Shown here: positions 38,963-50,932 of the stretch, in pieces
How positions within the stretch are numbered: the first letter of the stretch is position 1
Layout: every line of letters starts with the position of its first letter
Assembly (NCBI GenBank): GCA_010093995.1
Contig: ML992508.1
Location: 344,506-408,505, forward strand
Direction: 5' to 3'
DNA from: Elsinoe ampelina
Lineage: Eukaryota
Length of the DNA stretch: 64,000 nt
Program-made: the position numbers and the translations under genes
Notes under the pieces: model-generated
Seen by the model: only the letters and a program-made list of their open reading frames with translations
The model's database searches: none
What the model was told of the DNA's origin: nothing

Positions 38963-41027
38963 CTACGAGCCGTTGCTAGCGGGCTCCTGTTTGATGAGAT
39001 CACCCAGCTTCTCACGAGCGACGGGAACCACCTGAGCACTGCCATTCGTGAAGGCTTCCAGCTCGAGATACTCCTTTGCCGCAGTCAATATGTCTCCGCG
39101 CTCAGTGAGCCACTCCATGTACTTCTCGGTGAGCTTGTTAAGCTGCACCTTGCTCACTTTGCCGCCGGCCCTCAAATCCTGGTAGATGGCCTTCACTCGC
39201 TCGCGGTACTTCGGCAGGTACTCCTCTGGCACAGCGAGGTGCTGCTCGAAGTCGAACCAGTAATGCCAGAACGTCTCCGAGTCGGCAGCCTCAACCTTGT
39301 ACTTCTGGAATACTTCGAGCGCACGCAAGGCATCGTTCTTAGACTGGTATACCAGGTGAGCCAACGCTGATATCAGCATACCGCGTGTCGCTGCGCTGAT
39401 CTGAGGATCTTTGAGATAGTGATGGTAGATACCGATTGCTGCCTCGACGCCGAATGTACGCAAGGTAAGATTAGCCAGGCAGTTGACAGTGTTGGGATAA
39501 TCCGGCCTAGCGAGGAGGACGCCCTGGTAGATCTCGGCGGCAACATGAGGGCGGCCCTGTGCTTCCTCAAACAAGGCCCACTTGTGACGGATCTGCGGCA
39601 GCGCCACAGGGAGGTAGTAGCAAGAAGCACGCTGATAGATGTTTCGGGTCTCCTCAACCTTGTCCTCTTTCGTATTCATCCAGCGTGCGTAGCGAAACCA
39701 GAAGTCGGCATAGTGGGCGCAAATGACAACGCAGCGTTCGTACAGGAAGGTGATGCGATGGAAGTCCCCTTCGGCCTCCTCAAAGTCCAGGTACTTGTGC
39801 CAGTTGGAGATCTGCGCCTCATCAAGATCGGTGACGTGAAAGTAAAGGCGCTTGATCTCGGCTTCGTACGTCCAGCGCTTGTTGACCTCGTCCTGCGTAC
39901 GTTTAAAGCTCTCGTAGTTGATCTGGTCCAGCTTTGAGCGCATATCGCGCTCAACGTCGGCTTGGGTACCGTTGTTGATCTGAACTAGACGATAGCTGTC
40001 CTGACTCAGGCGTGCGATGACTTCCTCGGATGCAAGAGCGTTGATGGGCATCTGTGCGGACATGGCACGATACTTCTCGTAATAGCGTGCGTACTGATGC
40101 ATAGGAATCTTGACGACACGAGAGAGGATCGCAAAGACGTTGGCTGACTGACCAAGGCGTTCCTCAAAGTCAATGTATTTGTCCCAGAATGGATGAGCGA
40201 GAAAATCCAGACCAACACACTCGGCTCCACGCTCAAAGAGTCTGCGATGTTGTCAGTGTGGTCCCAAAAGGTAGGGATGACGGATTGGTGAGGGGTTGGA
40301 GAGACGGGAAATTTACGAAGAGCAGCGGTGAAAATAGTTTGGCAGAGGTTGTGTGTCCCTCGCCCAGGGTGGTTTAGCAGAGGCTGTGTCATCCTCGCTT
40401 TGGCCACTCGTCCGATGCAACAAAAACTCAGAAGGTGCTTTGTGTTAGAGATGGAAACGGTCATCTCAAGTCGCGCCGATCACGGTCTGCGTCTGGAGTT
40501 GGACTTGGTTTGATGATGTGGAAAAGGTATCTTGTCGTAACTCACTCTCTCTGCACCTCGCTGTCATGGCTGGTCTCAAGCACGAAACTGCAGTAGTTGG
40601 TCCACAGATCGACGGAACAAGCGACGCTGGCGATGCCGCGCTCATAGATCTTTGAGTGAGAGTCAGTGGCAGTTTCATCAAAAGTTGGTGGGCCACTCAC
40701 AAAGGTGGCAGATTCGGGGCCAGCGAGGGAGAATTCGAGGTCGGCGTATTTCTTCCAGAAGCCAAAGAAGAGCGGGAACTTTGCCAAGAAGCGATTGTAG
40801 ACATCGCGAGCAGCATCAATGGCCTGTGGGCTTGAGTTGCGATGAAGGCCGCCTTCGAGGTCTTCGACCTGACGGACCAGCTTCTCCCAGTTTTCGTAAT
40901 TGTCAGGGTCGGCGAGCTGGAACGTATGTTAGAACCGGTCAACAACAACGAAAGCAGATACATTACTGACCACTTCCTTGTTGGCCGCATTCAGGTCGGG
41001 GAAATCGCTGTAGTTGATGTCTGCCAT
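38963..41027 (-). CDS. PRP39: U1 snRNP HAT-repeat splicing factor Prp39, 4 exons
   Basis: MADINYSDF..., LADPDNYENWEKLV..LEGGLHRNSSPQAI, FPLFFGFWKKYADLEF, YERGIASVACSVDLWTNYC, LFERGAECVGLDFLAHPFWDKYIDFEER and RWTYEAEIKRLYFHVTDLD..WHKYLDFEE. Introns at ~40917-40973, ~40651-40700 and 40242-40545. Confidence 0.93.
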
Positions 41028-41771
41028 TTTTGCGGCGACTGGCCCTCGGCGGGGCTGAAGCAGAGATGAATCACTTCAGGTGAGAGCTGTCGCAAATCGC
41101 TGCGCAAGTTTTCACGGCTCTGTAAGCTGTCAATATGTATTGCGCAAGGTCAAAAACACAACGCGAGGCGTGGCAGCAATGGCAGCGAGCGGACGATTTG
41201 TTGCGCCGTAAATGAAGGAGCAAACGGGTTCTGTTTTGAAGATGATGAAGACGAATCTAGAAAAGCGTTGTCGCAGGGAGGAAGAGCTCGGAGCTCGGCC
41301 GAATTTTGCTGAGCAGGTCTAGCCGAGGCGCGATTCAGCATCTTGTGGCAATTCTTGCCGAATTTGCCACCAGGCAAGCAACGTGACACTGGGGACTTCG
41401 TTTTCACAACTGCTTCCTATCCTGGTTTGATCAATGCATGCAATCATCCAGCTACGATAGATGCTATCGCCGCAAAACAAAATGCGCCCGCCAACATCCG
41501 TGCTCAAATTGCAGGAAGGCCAATCTTACTCAACGCACATACATTGATCGAACCAAGGAAAGAAATGTCTGCATAGATGTCGTTGATGATCTTGAGAGAC
41601 GATCGAGCAAAGGATGTGGATCTTTAATCCATATAGATGCGGCTGCTCACATTCGAAAGCATCCATCAAAGAGGTAGCCTGGGACATCATCTCTACACAC
41701 AATTTCCCCTCCCACAAAGGTCATGACATCTCAAGATCGCTCTGCTCTCGCAAGCGCTGATCTAGCATTCC

Positions 41772-43022
41772 TCACGTTCTACTGCCCTGCACCTTCTCCC
41801 CCCTGACATACCTCACCGTATCCCCCGCCGCAAAACTAAACGGACTAGTCCCCATATCCGGACTCCTCGGACTGATAGGTAGCGCAAACAAGTCATCCTC
41901 CCTCTCCTCCTCCCGCTCCTCTCTGCCCTTGAAGCCCGTCTGCCCGCTCGTGATGGCGTTGAGACTCCCTTGCCCCACAGCTTTCTGTTGCCTTACTACC
42001 TCCTCGGGTGGCCGTTGGGGGGCGAATTTTCTTTGACCTTGGGGTAGGGGTTGTGACAATGACGAGTGGGGTTGAGGTGCTTTGGCGCCGAGGATGGATG
42101 GGTCGGGTACGCCTTTGAGGGTCGCGAAGCTGCCGAAGGAGCTCACGGCTACGTCGCTTTGTTCGGGGCTCAGGGGGTTGAGGTCGTCTTGGAGATGTGT
42201 CTCGTCGCTTCTTTCGTCGCTGTGGGTATTTGATGTGTTCAGCTTCAGGCCTTTGAGCTTGTCCATTAGTCGGCCTCCGCCTGGGCTTCGCGGGCTGGCG
42301 GGGCTGCGGAGGCCGCCGTCGAGCGTGGCTAGGCTGGCTCGGTGGTCATTCTGTTGCGTTGGCCGTGTGGTCACGCCAAAGTGTGTCTCGATCCAATCCC
42401 GCTCTTGAATGGCCATTTGTAATGCTATGCCTTCTACGTTGGTCTGCGACTCGTCATTGATTTCTCGTGCGAGGACTTGGAGGCGTCTCTTGGCCCAGAT
42501 GGTGTGCAGGACGCCCTTTTTGCCGGATGTGCTGGCTGATGCGCCAAGTGATGGGGGAAAGATGGCGGGCAGAGGATTGACTTTCCACGTCACGCCGGTG
42601 GTGGTCTTGTCGTCGCTGGGTGTGAGCGTGAGCCAGACGGTGCCAGGAACGCGCTCCCCTTCAGGGAGGAGGAAGTAGAGACGGTTGATGCTGCCGTCGT
42701 CGCGGCTGGAGGTGCCGGAGGAGGGCAGGACGGTGCGTTTACCTTCCCATGTTACGGCCCAGGTGCCTGGTATGGAGCGGGTTGTGGTGTCTTCTTCCCA
42801 TTCGACCATGAGAACCTTTGTGCAGTCTCTTGTCCGACCGGATTCATATTCGAAGCGGGCGAGGGCATTGGATGTGCTGGTGCTATTGGGGCCTGGTGAG
42901 CTGGTGGGAGCGTCATTGCTAGGCGATGTCGTGGCCGTGAAGAGAGACGTGGTGGGCGTTGGTGTAGGAGGGGTAGGTTTTGTAGTAGAGGGAGTTTGGG
43001 TAGCTGGGGAAGTCGATGTCAT
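41772..43022 (-). CDS. Conserved-looking fungal hypothetical protein
   Basis: Long intronless ORF with LARFEYE..TKVLMVEWEED, PLPAIFPP.LG..GKKGVLHTIWAKRRLQVL and DLFALPISPRSPDM.SPFSF. Likely start is MTSTSP at 43022. Confidence 0.75.
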   Translation of the reverse strand: MTSTSPATQTPSTTKPTPPTPTPTTSLFTATTSPSNDAPTSSPGPNSTSTSNALARFEYESGRTRDCTKVLMVEWEEDTTTRSIPGTWAVTWEGKRTVLPSSGTSSRDDGSINRLYFLLPEGERVPGTVWLTLTPSDDKTTTGVTWKVNPLPAIFPPSLGASASTSGKKGVLHTIWAKRRLQVLAREINDESQTNVEGIALQMAIQERDWIETHFGVTTRPTQQNDHRASLATLDGGLRSPASPRSPGGGRLMDKLKGLKLNTSNTHSDERSDETHLQDDLNPLSPEQSDVAVSSFGSFATLKGVPDPSILGAKAPQPHSSLSQPLPQGQRKFAPQRPPEEVVRQQKAVGQGSLNAITSGQTGFKGREEREEEREDDLFALPISPRSPDMGTSPFSFAAGDTVRYVRGEKVQGSRT

Positions 43023-43975
43023 GATGAACGCTGGATGCTGTGATGTTGGTGAACTGGTGCGAGCACAATGCGGTTGGAACTGTGTCCAAGGCTGGCGGTG
43101 AAGAAACTGGGCTAAAGCTATGTACAAGAAGCCAATGTCGTACTATATCGCAGTCCGGTGGGGATGCGTCGTCGCTATGTCGTCGCCATGACCTTGTGCT
43201 CCGGATGGCGGAGAGTCGATATCGATACGAGACGATGGCAACGGGAAAGGATCGAAGACAGTCGGTCGTTCTTCAGAGCTGATGAGCTCTATCTCCCCTG
43301 TTTTCAGTTGTCAGCTCGTGCAAGAAGCAACACTCTCCGTGGCCGGGTCGTCAGCCATGATCTGCGACGGACTCGTCTTGGTTCAGGCCCATTTTAGACT
43401 CGTCAAATGTCCGCTACCCGGAATGGTGCCATCTAGGTGGCGGCGACCAGGGTGAATCGGGCGGTAGCGCAGAGCAAGAGCTCCGCTGCGAGTTTCATAC
43501 CTTTCAGCTCTAATTTCTTCACTTCTTCTCCTGATAATTTAGCTGCTGCAACAAGACTGGACCAATCTCAGCCTTACACGAGGGGGCAGATGCTTGACAC
43601 CTTGACCAACAACGGACGACTCACGAAAATGATTGCTCTCTGCTACTCGATGGTAAATACATACGGTTCAACCTGACCTAGTCAGCGTCTTCACACGATG
43701 AGAGCGCCCCCGTCGGATTCTCGGCTTGACAATACAATTACCAAGTATGGCGAGCGCATTGTCGATGCCCATGTGAAATCACAATGAGAGTCAGACACGG
43801 TGTCCCAGCAAGCGCAATATGGCTCACCATGTTTAGAAGCTGTGGAAGCATGCCTGCCTTCTCAAAGGGACAACAGCTTATGTTCACACGATGTTCTTTC
43901 TAGCTTATGATAAGTCTTTCTCTCTTTACTACGCGCTCCCAGTTGCCTATCCTTCTTGACATCGAGCTCTCAACC

Positions 43976-44986
43976 ATGACCACCTTCTTGCTCAAAGCTT
44001 TCGTCACATCCACGGCCCTTGGGCACGGCATTGTCTTCCAGTGCGAAGGCCATGGCTTTTGTCAATCCCTTACATCAGCACCACTTCACAATCTGCGCTG
44101 TCAGCAGGATACCTCATGGATGACCTGCTCCAACATACCCCGCCCGAGTTGTTCGCCGGGCTTCAACAGCATTATCACAGTGGATGGTACCACGTCTGGA
44201 CAAACGATAAATATCAACGGACTGAACAAGGTCAACATCGATGGCGCTCAGGATCATCCATTGTCTTTCGGGATCTGGTCATTCTCGTCACAACCCAGCT
44301 TTCTCGGTATCCTGGAAGACCAAGAATCAATGAAGCGTGATCCTCTACCTCTCACAGCCTTCATCCAGCACTACCCGGCTGTAGCTTTACGACTAGCGAG
44401 CCCGATGTGGAATATCCCAGACCAGACCACCACCATCTTCAACAGCCTTGTTGACCTCGCACATCCAATGGTAAACAGTGTGGCGTTCATCGCCGCCGCC
44501 TCATCGATCAACGACCTCTTTGACCTGACCAGTCCTGCCAGGCATCCGGTCGGTGAACAACTCATTCACCGTATAGCGGTGCACGACTACCACGCCGCTC
44601 ACACATTGGCTGCAGACTTCATAATCCGCCAGACAATGGACCACGCTCTAAACCATCGTATCAGAAAGAGCGTCGCGATGGAAGACCTCCCGACGTTGAT
44701 CCTGCTGACTCACATCTACGCCTCCATCGCTGTCGAACAAATTGTCAAAGTCCTGAAGCAATACCGAAAAGACAGATCGAGGAAAACCGAAGCCGTGTCC
44801 ATTCATCCCGGGACTAACCACGCACTGACGACTCCGGCCACTTTGCCGTGGATTCGTGGTCGAGACAAAGTAGCCATGCCGCCTCCACCGGATCCGAAAT
44901 GTGACTACGTCCGCACGGCTGTCTCGGTAGCGGAAACACTGATCAAAGCATCAAAAACGTACAAGCAGATACAGCGGTGCGAATGA
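43976..44986 (+). CDS. Hypothetical protein (no recognisable family)
   Basis: ~336-codon intronless ORF with good start context (CAACCATGA); alternative ATG at 43907; Cys-rich N-terminal third. Confidence 0.5.
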   Translation: MTTFLLKAFVTSTALGHGIVFQCEGHGFCQSLTSAPLHNLRCQQDTSWMTCSNIPRPSCSPGFNSIITVDGTTSGQTININGLNKVNIDGAQDHPLSFGIWSFSSQPSFLGILEDQESMKRDPLPLTAFIQHYPAVALRLASPMWNIPDQTTTIFNSLVDLAHPMVNSVAFIAAASSINDLFDLTSPARHPVGEQLIHRIAVHDYHAAHTLAADFIIRQTMDHALNHRIRKSVAMEDLPTLILLTHIYASIAVEQIVKVLKQYRKDRSRKTEAVSIHPGTNHALTTPATLPWIRGRDKVAMPPPPDPKCDYVRTAVSVAETLIKASKTYKQIQRCE

Positions 44987-45425
44987 GCTCACGAAGAAGC
45001 GAGGTTGTATGAATATCATCTCAGTCGGATCCATTGTTCCTATCAAGGACCTCATAGTGGCTTTGGTCCAGCCACATCTATAGAATATCGTCGAGCCTAT
45101 TGCTGCGACCTCAACCATCTTCCATCCACCACCTCCTTCCACCATCTCTCACCTGCTCACTCTCTATCTCCACCCATAATTGTCCCTCCCTCCATCCTCC
45201 CCCAAGGTATATCTCCTAACCGAAATGCGCCAGCGCAAGTGATTGCGTTTGATGGCAGTAAACTTAAGTCGAGAAGTGATCGAGACATCGCCGGTCTCTA
45301 TATATCGCATGCGGTCGTGGTATCATGAACAATCCGCTTCGTCCCATCCCTTCGCTTCGATCCGCCAACGCAATGCCAACAACAAATAGTAACAGGTAAA
45401 GACAAACAGAAAGAACAGGCTCCGA

Positions 45426-47475
45426 TCAGATCAACAAACAATCCCAATTCTTCTGCGCCATGACACTCCTCCAGTGCAACGGCGCAAACCCCACCTCCCC
45501 ACCATACACCGCATTCGCAGGCCACAAATCGGTCAGAATATCCTTGACACGGCCCAAGGAACCGATATCCTGGAAATTCTCCGTCGCCACGTACCGCTCG
45601 AGAAACATGTGCTTCACGGGACTATCAGCGCTCGCGACCGACCCGGCAATCAGCAACGGCCACGCAAGCGAGCGATCGAACCCGCCTCGCCCGGTGGGGA
45701 TATACGCCATGGCATCGACGAAAGCCTGCACCAGCCCCGCCATGCTGGCCGAGGTGGGATCGAAGCCCGGCACCATGGAGCAGAGATAAATCCGCGCCGC
45801 GAGGCGGAACACCACGCTGAGGTTCCGCATCAGCTGCCTCGGCCGCAAGGAGCCGTCGCGGCTCTGCGAAGGGATCTGCATGCCCGCCGCCGCGCCTTCG
45901 TTCATGCTGATCTGGTTCCCGAGGATCTCGATGTATTTGCAGAGCATGGTCTCGTCCATGCCCTCGAGGCGACGTTCTTCCAGGCAGGCGATCTCCGAGA
46001 TGAGGTACATGAGCGTGTCGTCGCAGCCCATGAGGCCTTGGAGGCCGATGGGTCGTTTGGCGATGTTGAGCTCGCGGTAGACGTCGGCGAGCATGGGGGA
46101 TTTGCCCCGTATGGTGGCGCCGAGGATGTCGATCCACGCGAAGAGGGTCATGCTGAAGGGGACTTCGCCTGACGGGCCCATGGCGCCGTTGAGGAGCATT
46201 TCGGGGTATTGCAGGCTGTCGATGAGACCCTTTGCGGAGATGAGGTGGTGGTGCCAGGGGATGTCGGGGAGGACGGCGTCCTCGGGGCTGCCGACGCAGG
46301 AGGGGAAGAAGATCATGCTGAGAGTGGTTTCGAGGATTTGTTCGTGGTTTTCGTCGCGGTTTAACTCGTTGCAGAGTTCGGTGATGGTTGCGAAGCGATG
46401 TCTCATGATGTCTTGGTCGAGTTCGGGGGTCATGGGTGACTCTGGGGATTGGATGCCTTCCAGGGCCTTCTTGTGAGTACCTGCTACGCTTAAACAGCAG
46501 TGTCGGAATGAGAGGTTCGTATCGAGGGCGGGAAGCACAATGCCAGCTCTGGCAGATCCATGCTGTGTGGCGTCGAGAACGGGGAAGAGGAGTTTCGAGG
46601 TCGAGTCAACAAAGTGGTCTAATAATGGTCGGTCCTGCTCGTCAATGTAGACCGAAGGATCGAGTGTGGGCGTCATCTGCTCGTGCGGTAGCTCGAAGAA
46701 GTCCCACCCCATCTGATCGTCGGAGAGTGGCTCCTTCAAATTCTCAAATTCTTCTGGCTTTGACGACCAGGAGTCTTGCGGGACAGGTGAATGGTCAGTC
46801 GAGTGCACTGGTGGAGGTTGGAATGAGCTGAAACTCGAGATGGTCGAGTCCCTTCGAGTCGGAATGTCGTTCACAAAGATGTGGCGCTCGGTCTTGACGT
46901 CAATGTCGTAGGGTGAAGGGAAAGAGTAGTGAGGTGGATGCGCAGCATGGTGGCGGGGAGTCATGGCGAAATAGCTCTCGGGTGATAGCGTGTACAGGCT
47001 GTGGTCAGAGGTGAGTGGCGATTGATCGATCGAAGCAGCTCTCGAGTGGGTGTAAGAGCCCATTACCGAGTCCGAGAAGCCTTCTGGAGTCGACATGGAA
47101 TGGCACAGTCCTGGTGGTGTTGCCGAACCCATTGTTTGCGATTGACTCAGGCTTTGCGCCGTCTTCTTTGCCAATTGAGTTGATTTGATGATGTTCTTGA
47201 TGTAATCCTTCTGGTCCCGCCGCTGGTCGGAGTTCCCCCACCATGTTGGTCGTTTGTAGTCGCATCGTAACCCAAGATGTTTGCATGCTCGACACGCTGG
47301 CTTTGCTTCATCGCACTTCTTTCTCCGCAATCGACATGTGAAGCAACCTGGTAACTTGGTCAGACTCGATTAGTTGCGGTCGATGGTCAAACGTACCTGA
47401 TCTTGACCTCTTGTGCTGTTTTAACGAAGCCGCAGTTTTTGGTTCTTTTGAAGGTATCGTGGTCGGTGCTGCCAT
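45426..47475 (-). CDS. pro1: Zn(II)2Cys6 transcription factor, PRO1/ADV-1/NosA family (sexual development, cell fusion)
   Basis: KQHKRSRSG|CFTCRLRRKKCDEAKPACRACKHLGLRCDYKRPTWW, PYDIDVKTERHIFVNDIPTRRDSTISSFS, WIDILGAT, GLMGCDD..MYLISEIACLE and GFDRSLAWPLLIAG. Intron at ~47349-47396. Confidence 0.88.
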
Positions 47476-50400
47476 GTTTGTTTTCCTGGCCGGAACAGCG
47501 AAACCAGTATTCCTCGAAGGTCCAGAGAGTGTGGACGAAGACATTAAACTATATGAGTACAACGCTACTCGCAAACAAGCTCAGGAACTGAATTAGTGGA
47601 AAGCTAAAGGATTAGGACTGCAGGGTCCAAGAAGGGGACGGTGCGGGCGCAGAACCGGCTGCGGTTGATTAACGATGGGATTGGGTAGCGAATCTGGGCC
47701 AGCCAGATGGAAGAAATGCAAGAAATGCAAGAAACGACAGAGACGGCCTGGGGGGACGAGTGATGGACGCTGGGTTCCGAAGGGTGGGCTGGGGGCCGGA
47801 GACCTTTTATGCCCCGAATCGGCCAGAATGGAGGACAAGTGAAGGAGGATCTATTTCTGGATTGATCGAGAATTATGGTAAATGACGACGATAGTGTGCG
47901 AAATGGAGGAAAGTGGCGGGGATGAATGCAGAGTAAATGACCACAAAGTCGAGAGCAAGTCGAGATGATTGGATGGGTGTCGTGCCGTAGCGCTTAATGC
48001 ATGCGAGTCAGTGCGGGAGGACACTATTTATGACCGATGCGGCATGGTCGATATGCAGCATACATGATGTGCTCTGTCGGTGTGGTGATCCAGATGACAA
48101 GATAGTTGATGATCCAGGAACGGCGCCGCAGCTGATGATGTGAACGGACCATTGCGGACCTGTCAGTACGATAGCACATGTAGATCCGACATACCTCGTG
48201 CTTCACCATGCTCAGCGCGCAAGGAGATGAGACTCAGCCGTACTAGTCTTCAGACTCGACAGCCAGCAGCTCATGCAACGGATAGCGAACCGTAGCTAAG
48301 CGAGCTGGAAGATGGATGGAAGCTTGTCAAGAAGCACTGACATGGCTTTGTGATCAGCAGTATCTCGGCGAGATGCATCATGGATGCAACCGTGCCGGAA
48401 GAAATCTTGATCGCTGTGGAAGGGCCCGAAAGGGAACTGCGGCCGAACCGGAGCCATCGCACTATGGGACTTTGCGGCTCCATTGGCGATCGAGTGGATA
48501 GTGCTTGCTGCACAATGATCCATGGGGCGATGATTGCTTGGCTTATCAGAAGCCGTCATGGTCCAAAGATGCATCTGCGGGCTGTGGTAGGACGTCAATC
48601 AATCGAGCCGTTGGGCTAGGGCAAGCCACGATTGTGTGCGTGTGTTCGCTCATGCAAGCACTTTGCAGCCGCCTTCGTCGAGGCCAGACAAGCGTGTTGC
48701 TCCGCATGCTGCATGTCTCAATCATGGCATATTGCTCTATGCGCTATATTTTGCCGGCCGTTCACTGTCGGTCTGCAAGATATTTGATCAGCTGTATTTC
48801 CCTGCTCGTGCACACCGCTGATTCGCAATCGCCTCTTGCACAGCCCTTCAGGACAGGAGTCGAATGCTTCAGGCAAGCACGTTGTGACCAGCTGAGCGAG
48901 GGCATGTGGACAAACGGCGAGTCGCACGTATAGCAGCAAAAGTAGGACGGTAGGCGCTGAGTGGCCGGGATGAGGTGTGACGGGGAGGAGAAGAGGTGCA
49001 CGAGGTGCATTAGCGAGAGCGAGTGAGGTTGCCCGACAGCCAATCATCCCGGTTTTTTAGCTCGACTCCAAAGTGGGGGACATGGGCCGGCACGGAATGG
49101 TCCGCCCGCCGTCCGAGCTTCTCAACCTCCTCTTTGCCCAAAAATGCCACAAACAAGACACCTTCCACCTTTGCACGACACCTCCCGCGTGAACTTGCTC
49201 CGAGCTCATTGTTCCTTGCTGGGGACTCGAGGGAACACGTGCCCTTTACCGTCTGCATGTGGGATGGGAAACGGCATTCGACAAGACATGATTTCCAACG
49301 GCCTTGCTGACCGCTCTTCTTGAGCTCAATTGGCCGATTGACAGGGATACGAGATTGTTGTACGACGTCTTCAGCTATCCCAGATCCCAGCCAACAAGCT
49401 GGCTTCTTGATCGTCCTCGCAGGGCGGCTCAACAGCTAATCTATCCAGCTCTTGGTCCCTCAGGGTCGCTAATCAATCTGCACTAGAGGTCAACTAAAAT
49501 TCACTCTATTCAGCCACTATCCCACGCCCATTGGCGACCCGACAGAACGGTTCGTCTGCCCTTCCGAGGATTATGCGCATTTCGTCCATTTTGCCAGAGA
49601 TCCACCTCGGTCGGCTGTGCTGTCCGACCGAGTTCCTGTCCTGCCCCTCATCTCATGCGACAGCTGGTTTTACTGGTCGTCGTCTCGATGTGCCTGTCTG
49701 TCCTCGTTGACAGCTGCGCCAAGGGCACAGGATTCGACTCACGGTTCCACAGAACCATACTTGAGCAATCCTCCCAGCATCAAACCGTCGTCCACGGAAA
49801 CACGGGAACAGGTGACCAGAACTCAACTTGGCGTGTGACTCAGTCTCGACTCGAGTAGCCATGTCGTGACGGGCACACGGACTCGAAACAATAGACACTC
49901 CTCCGCACGACGCACCTTGCAGGATCAGGTAATGTGCCTGGCAGCTTTTGGCACAACACCCTCCAACCGTTCCTCGATCTCATGCGTGCTCTCCCGCCTC
50001 TCGCCCCCCAGCCGTCCTGCGCATTCCTTTTTCTTCTGGTCCCCTAGGGTCTCAGATGGTTACAGGGACCATGAAGCCATAAATTATCACCCTTCCGAGG
50101 TCGCAATGTCGCACCAAGATGCACGCTCTATCGAAACTATCAAAACTGTCGGAAGAAATCCCAGCCCATCATTCGACTCTAGCGTGAGGTTTGTATTGTT
50201 GCACCAGTAGGGCTTTCCTGTCGGGCCATGGCATTCTTAGCTGTCAATCAATCTTCTCCCCGACCTCGCCAAGCTGTATTGCCGGACGCTGTCAGGTCGG
50301 TTCACTGTCCGTGCGAGTCATTGATCGACTATGCTTCCCGTGGGTGCACTGGCAGTGGTTCCGGCGATCTCCCGTCATTCCCCAAACCCGACCTGCCCCC

Positions 50401-50932
50401 AATCTGCTTGCATCTCTTACCGCCAGCCTTCCTCCATCCTCAGCGCTAAACTCGTGCTCCTATTCGACAGCCACGATGCAACGCCAGAGCCTGTAGAGTC
50501 ATGGACCTGGCGGGCTCCTTGCTTCATGCAATCTATCGGCAAGCTCAAACGTGCCAGCCCGACGCTGTCGCTGTGCTTTGGCTCTCGCAACGTGCAACAA
50601 GCTCCAATCAGCATGGCGGTCACACGTCTTCGACCTCGTCTCACGAACAGTGCATGGTAGGTCCCGACTGCCCGAATGAGTCCAACACCCTCAAAATTGA
50701 TCCAGCCTGCCCACGCGTGCGTGAGGAAACTTCCACGCCTTCTTCTGCCGCGCCCATACAGCTTACTCTCGTTTCGTTCCATATTCCACAATTGCCGGCG
50801 GCACAGTCGAATCTTAAGACTGCAGAGCATTGTCCTCAGCTGAATGGGCTTTGCCGCATTGCTGCATGCCAACCTGACATCCTTCGGTGAACTATAGCTG
50901 TCGGTCGCTGCAAGGAACAACAAACAGACACT

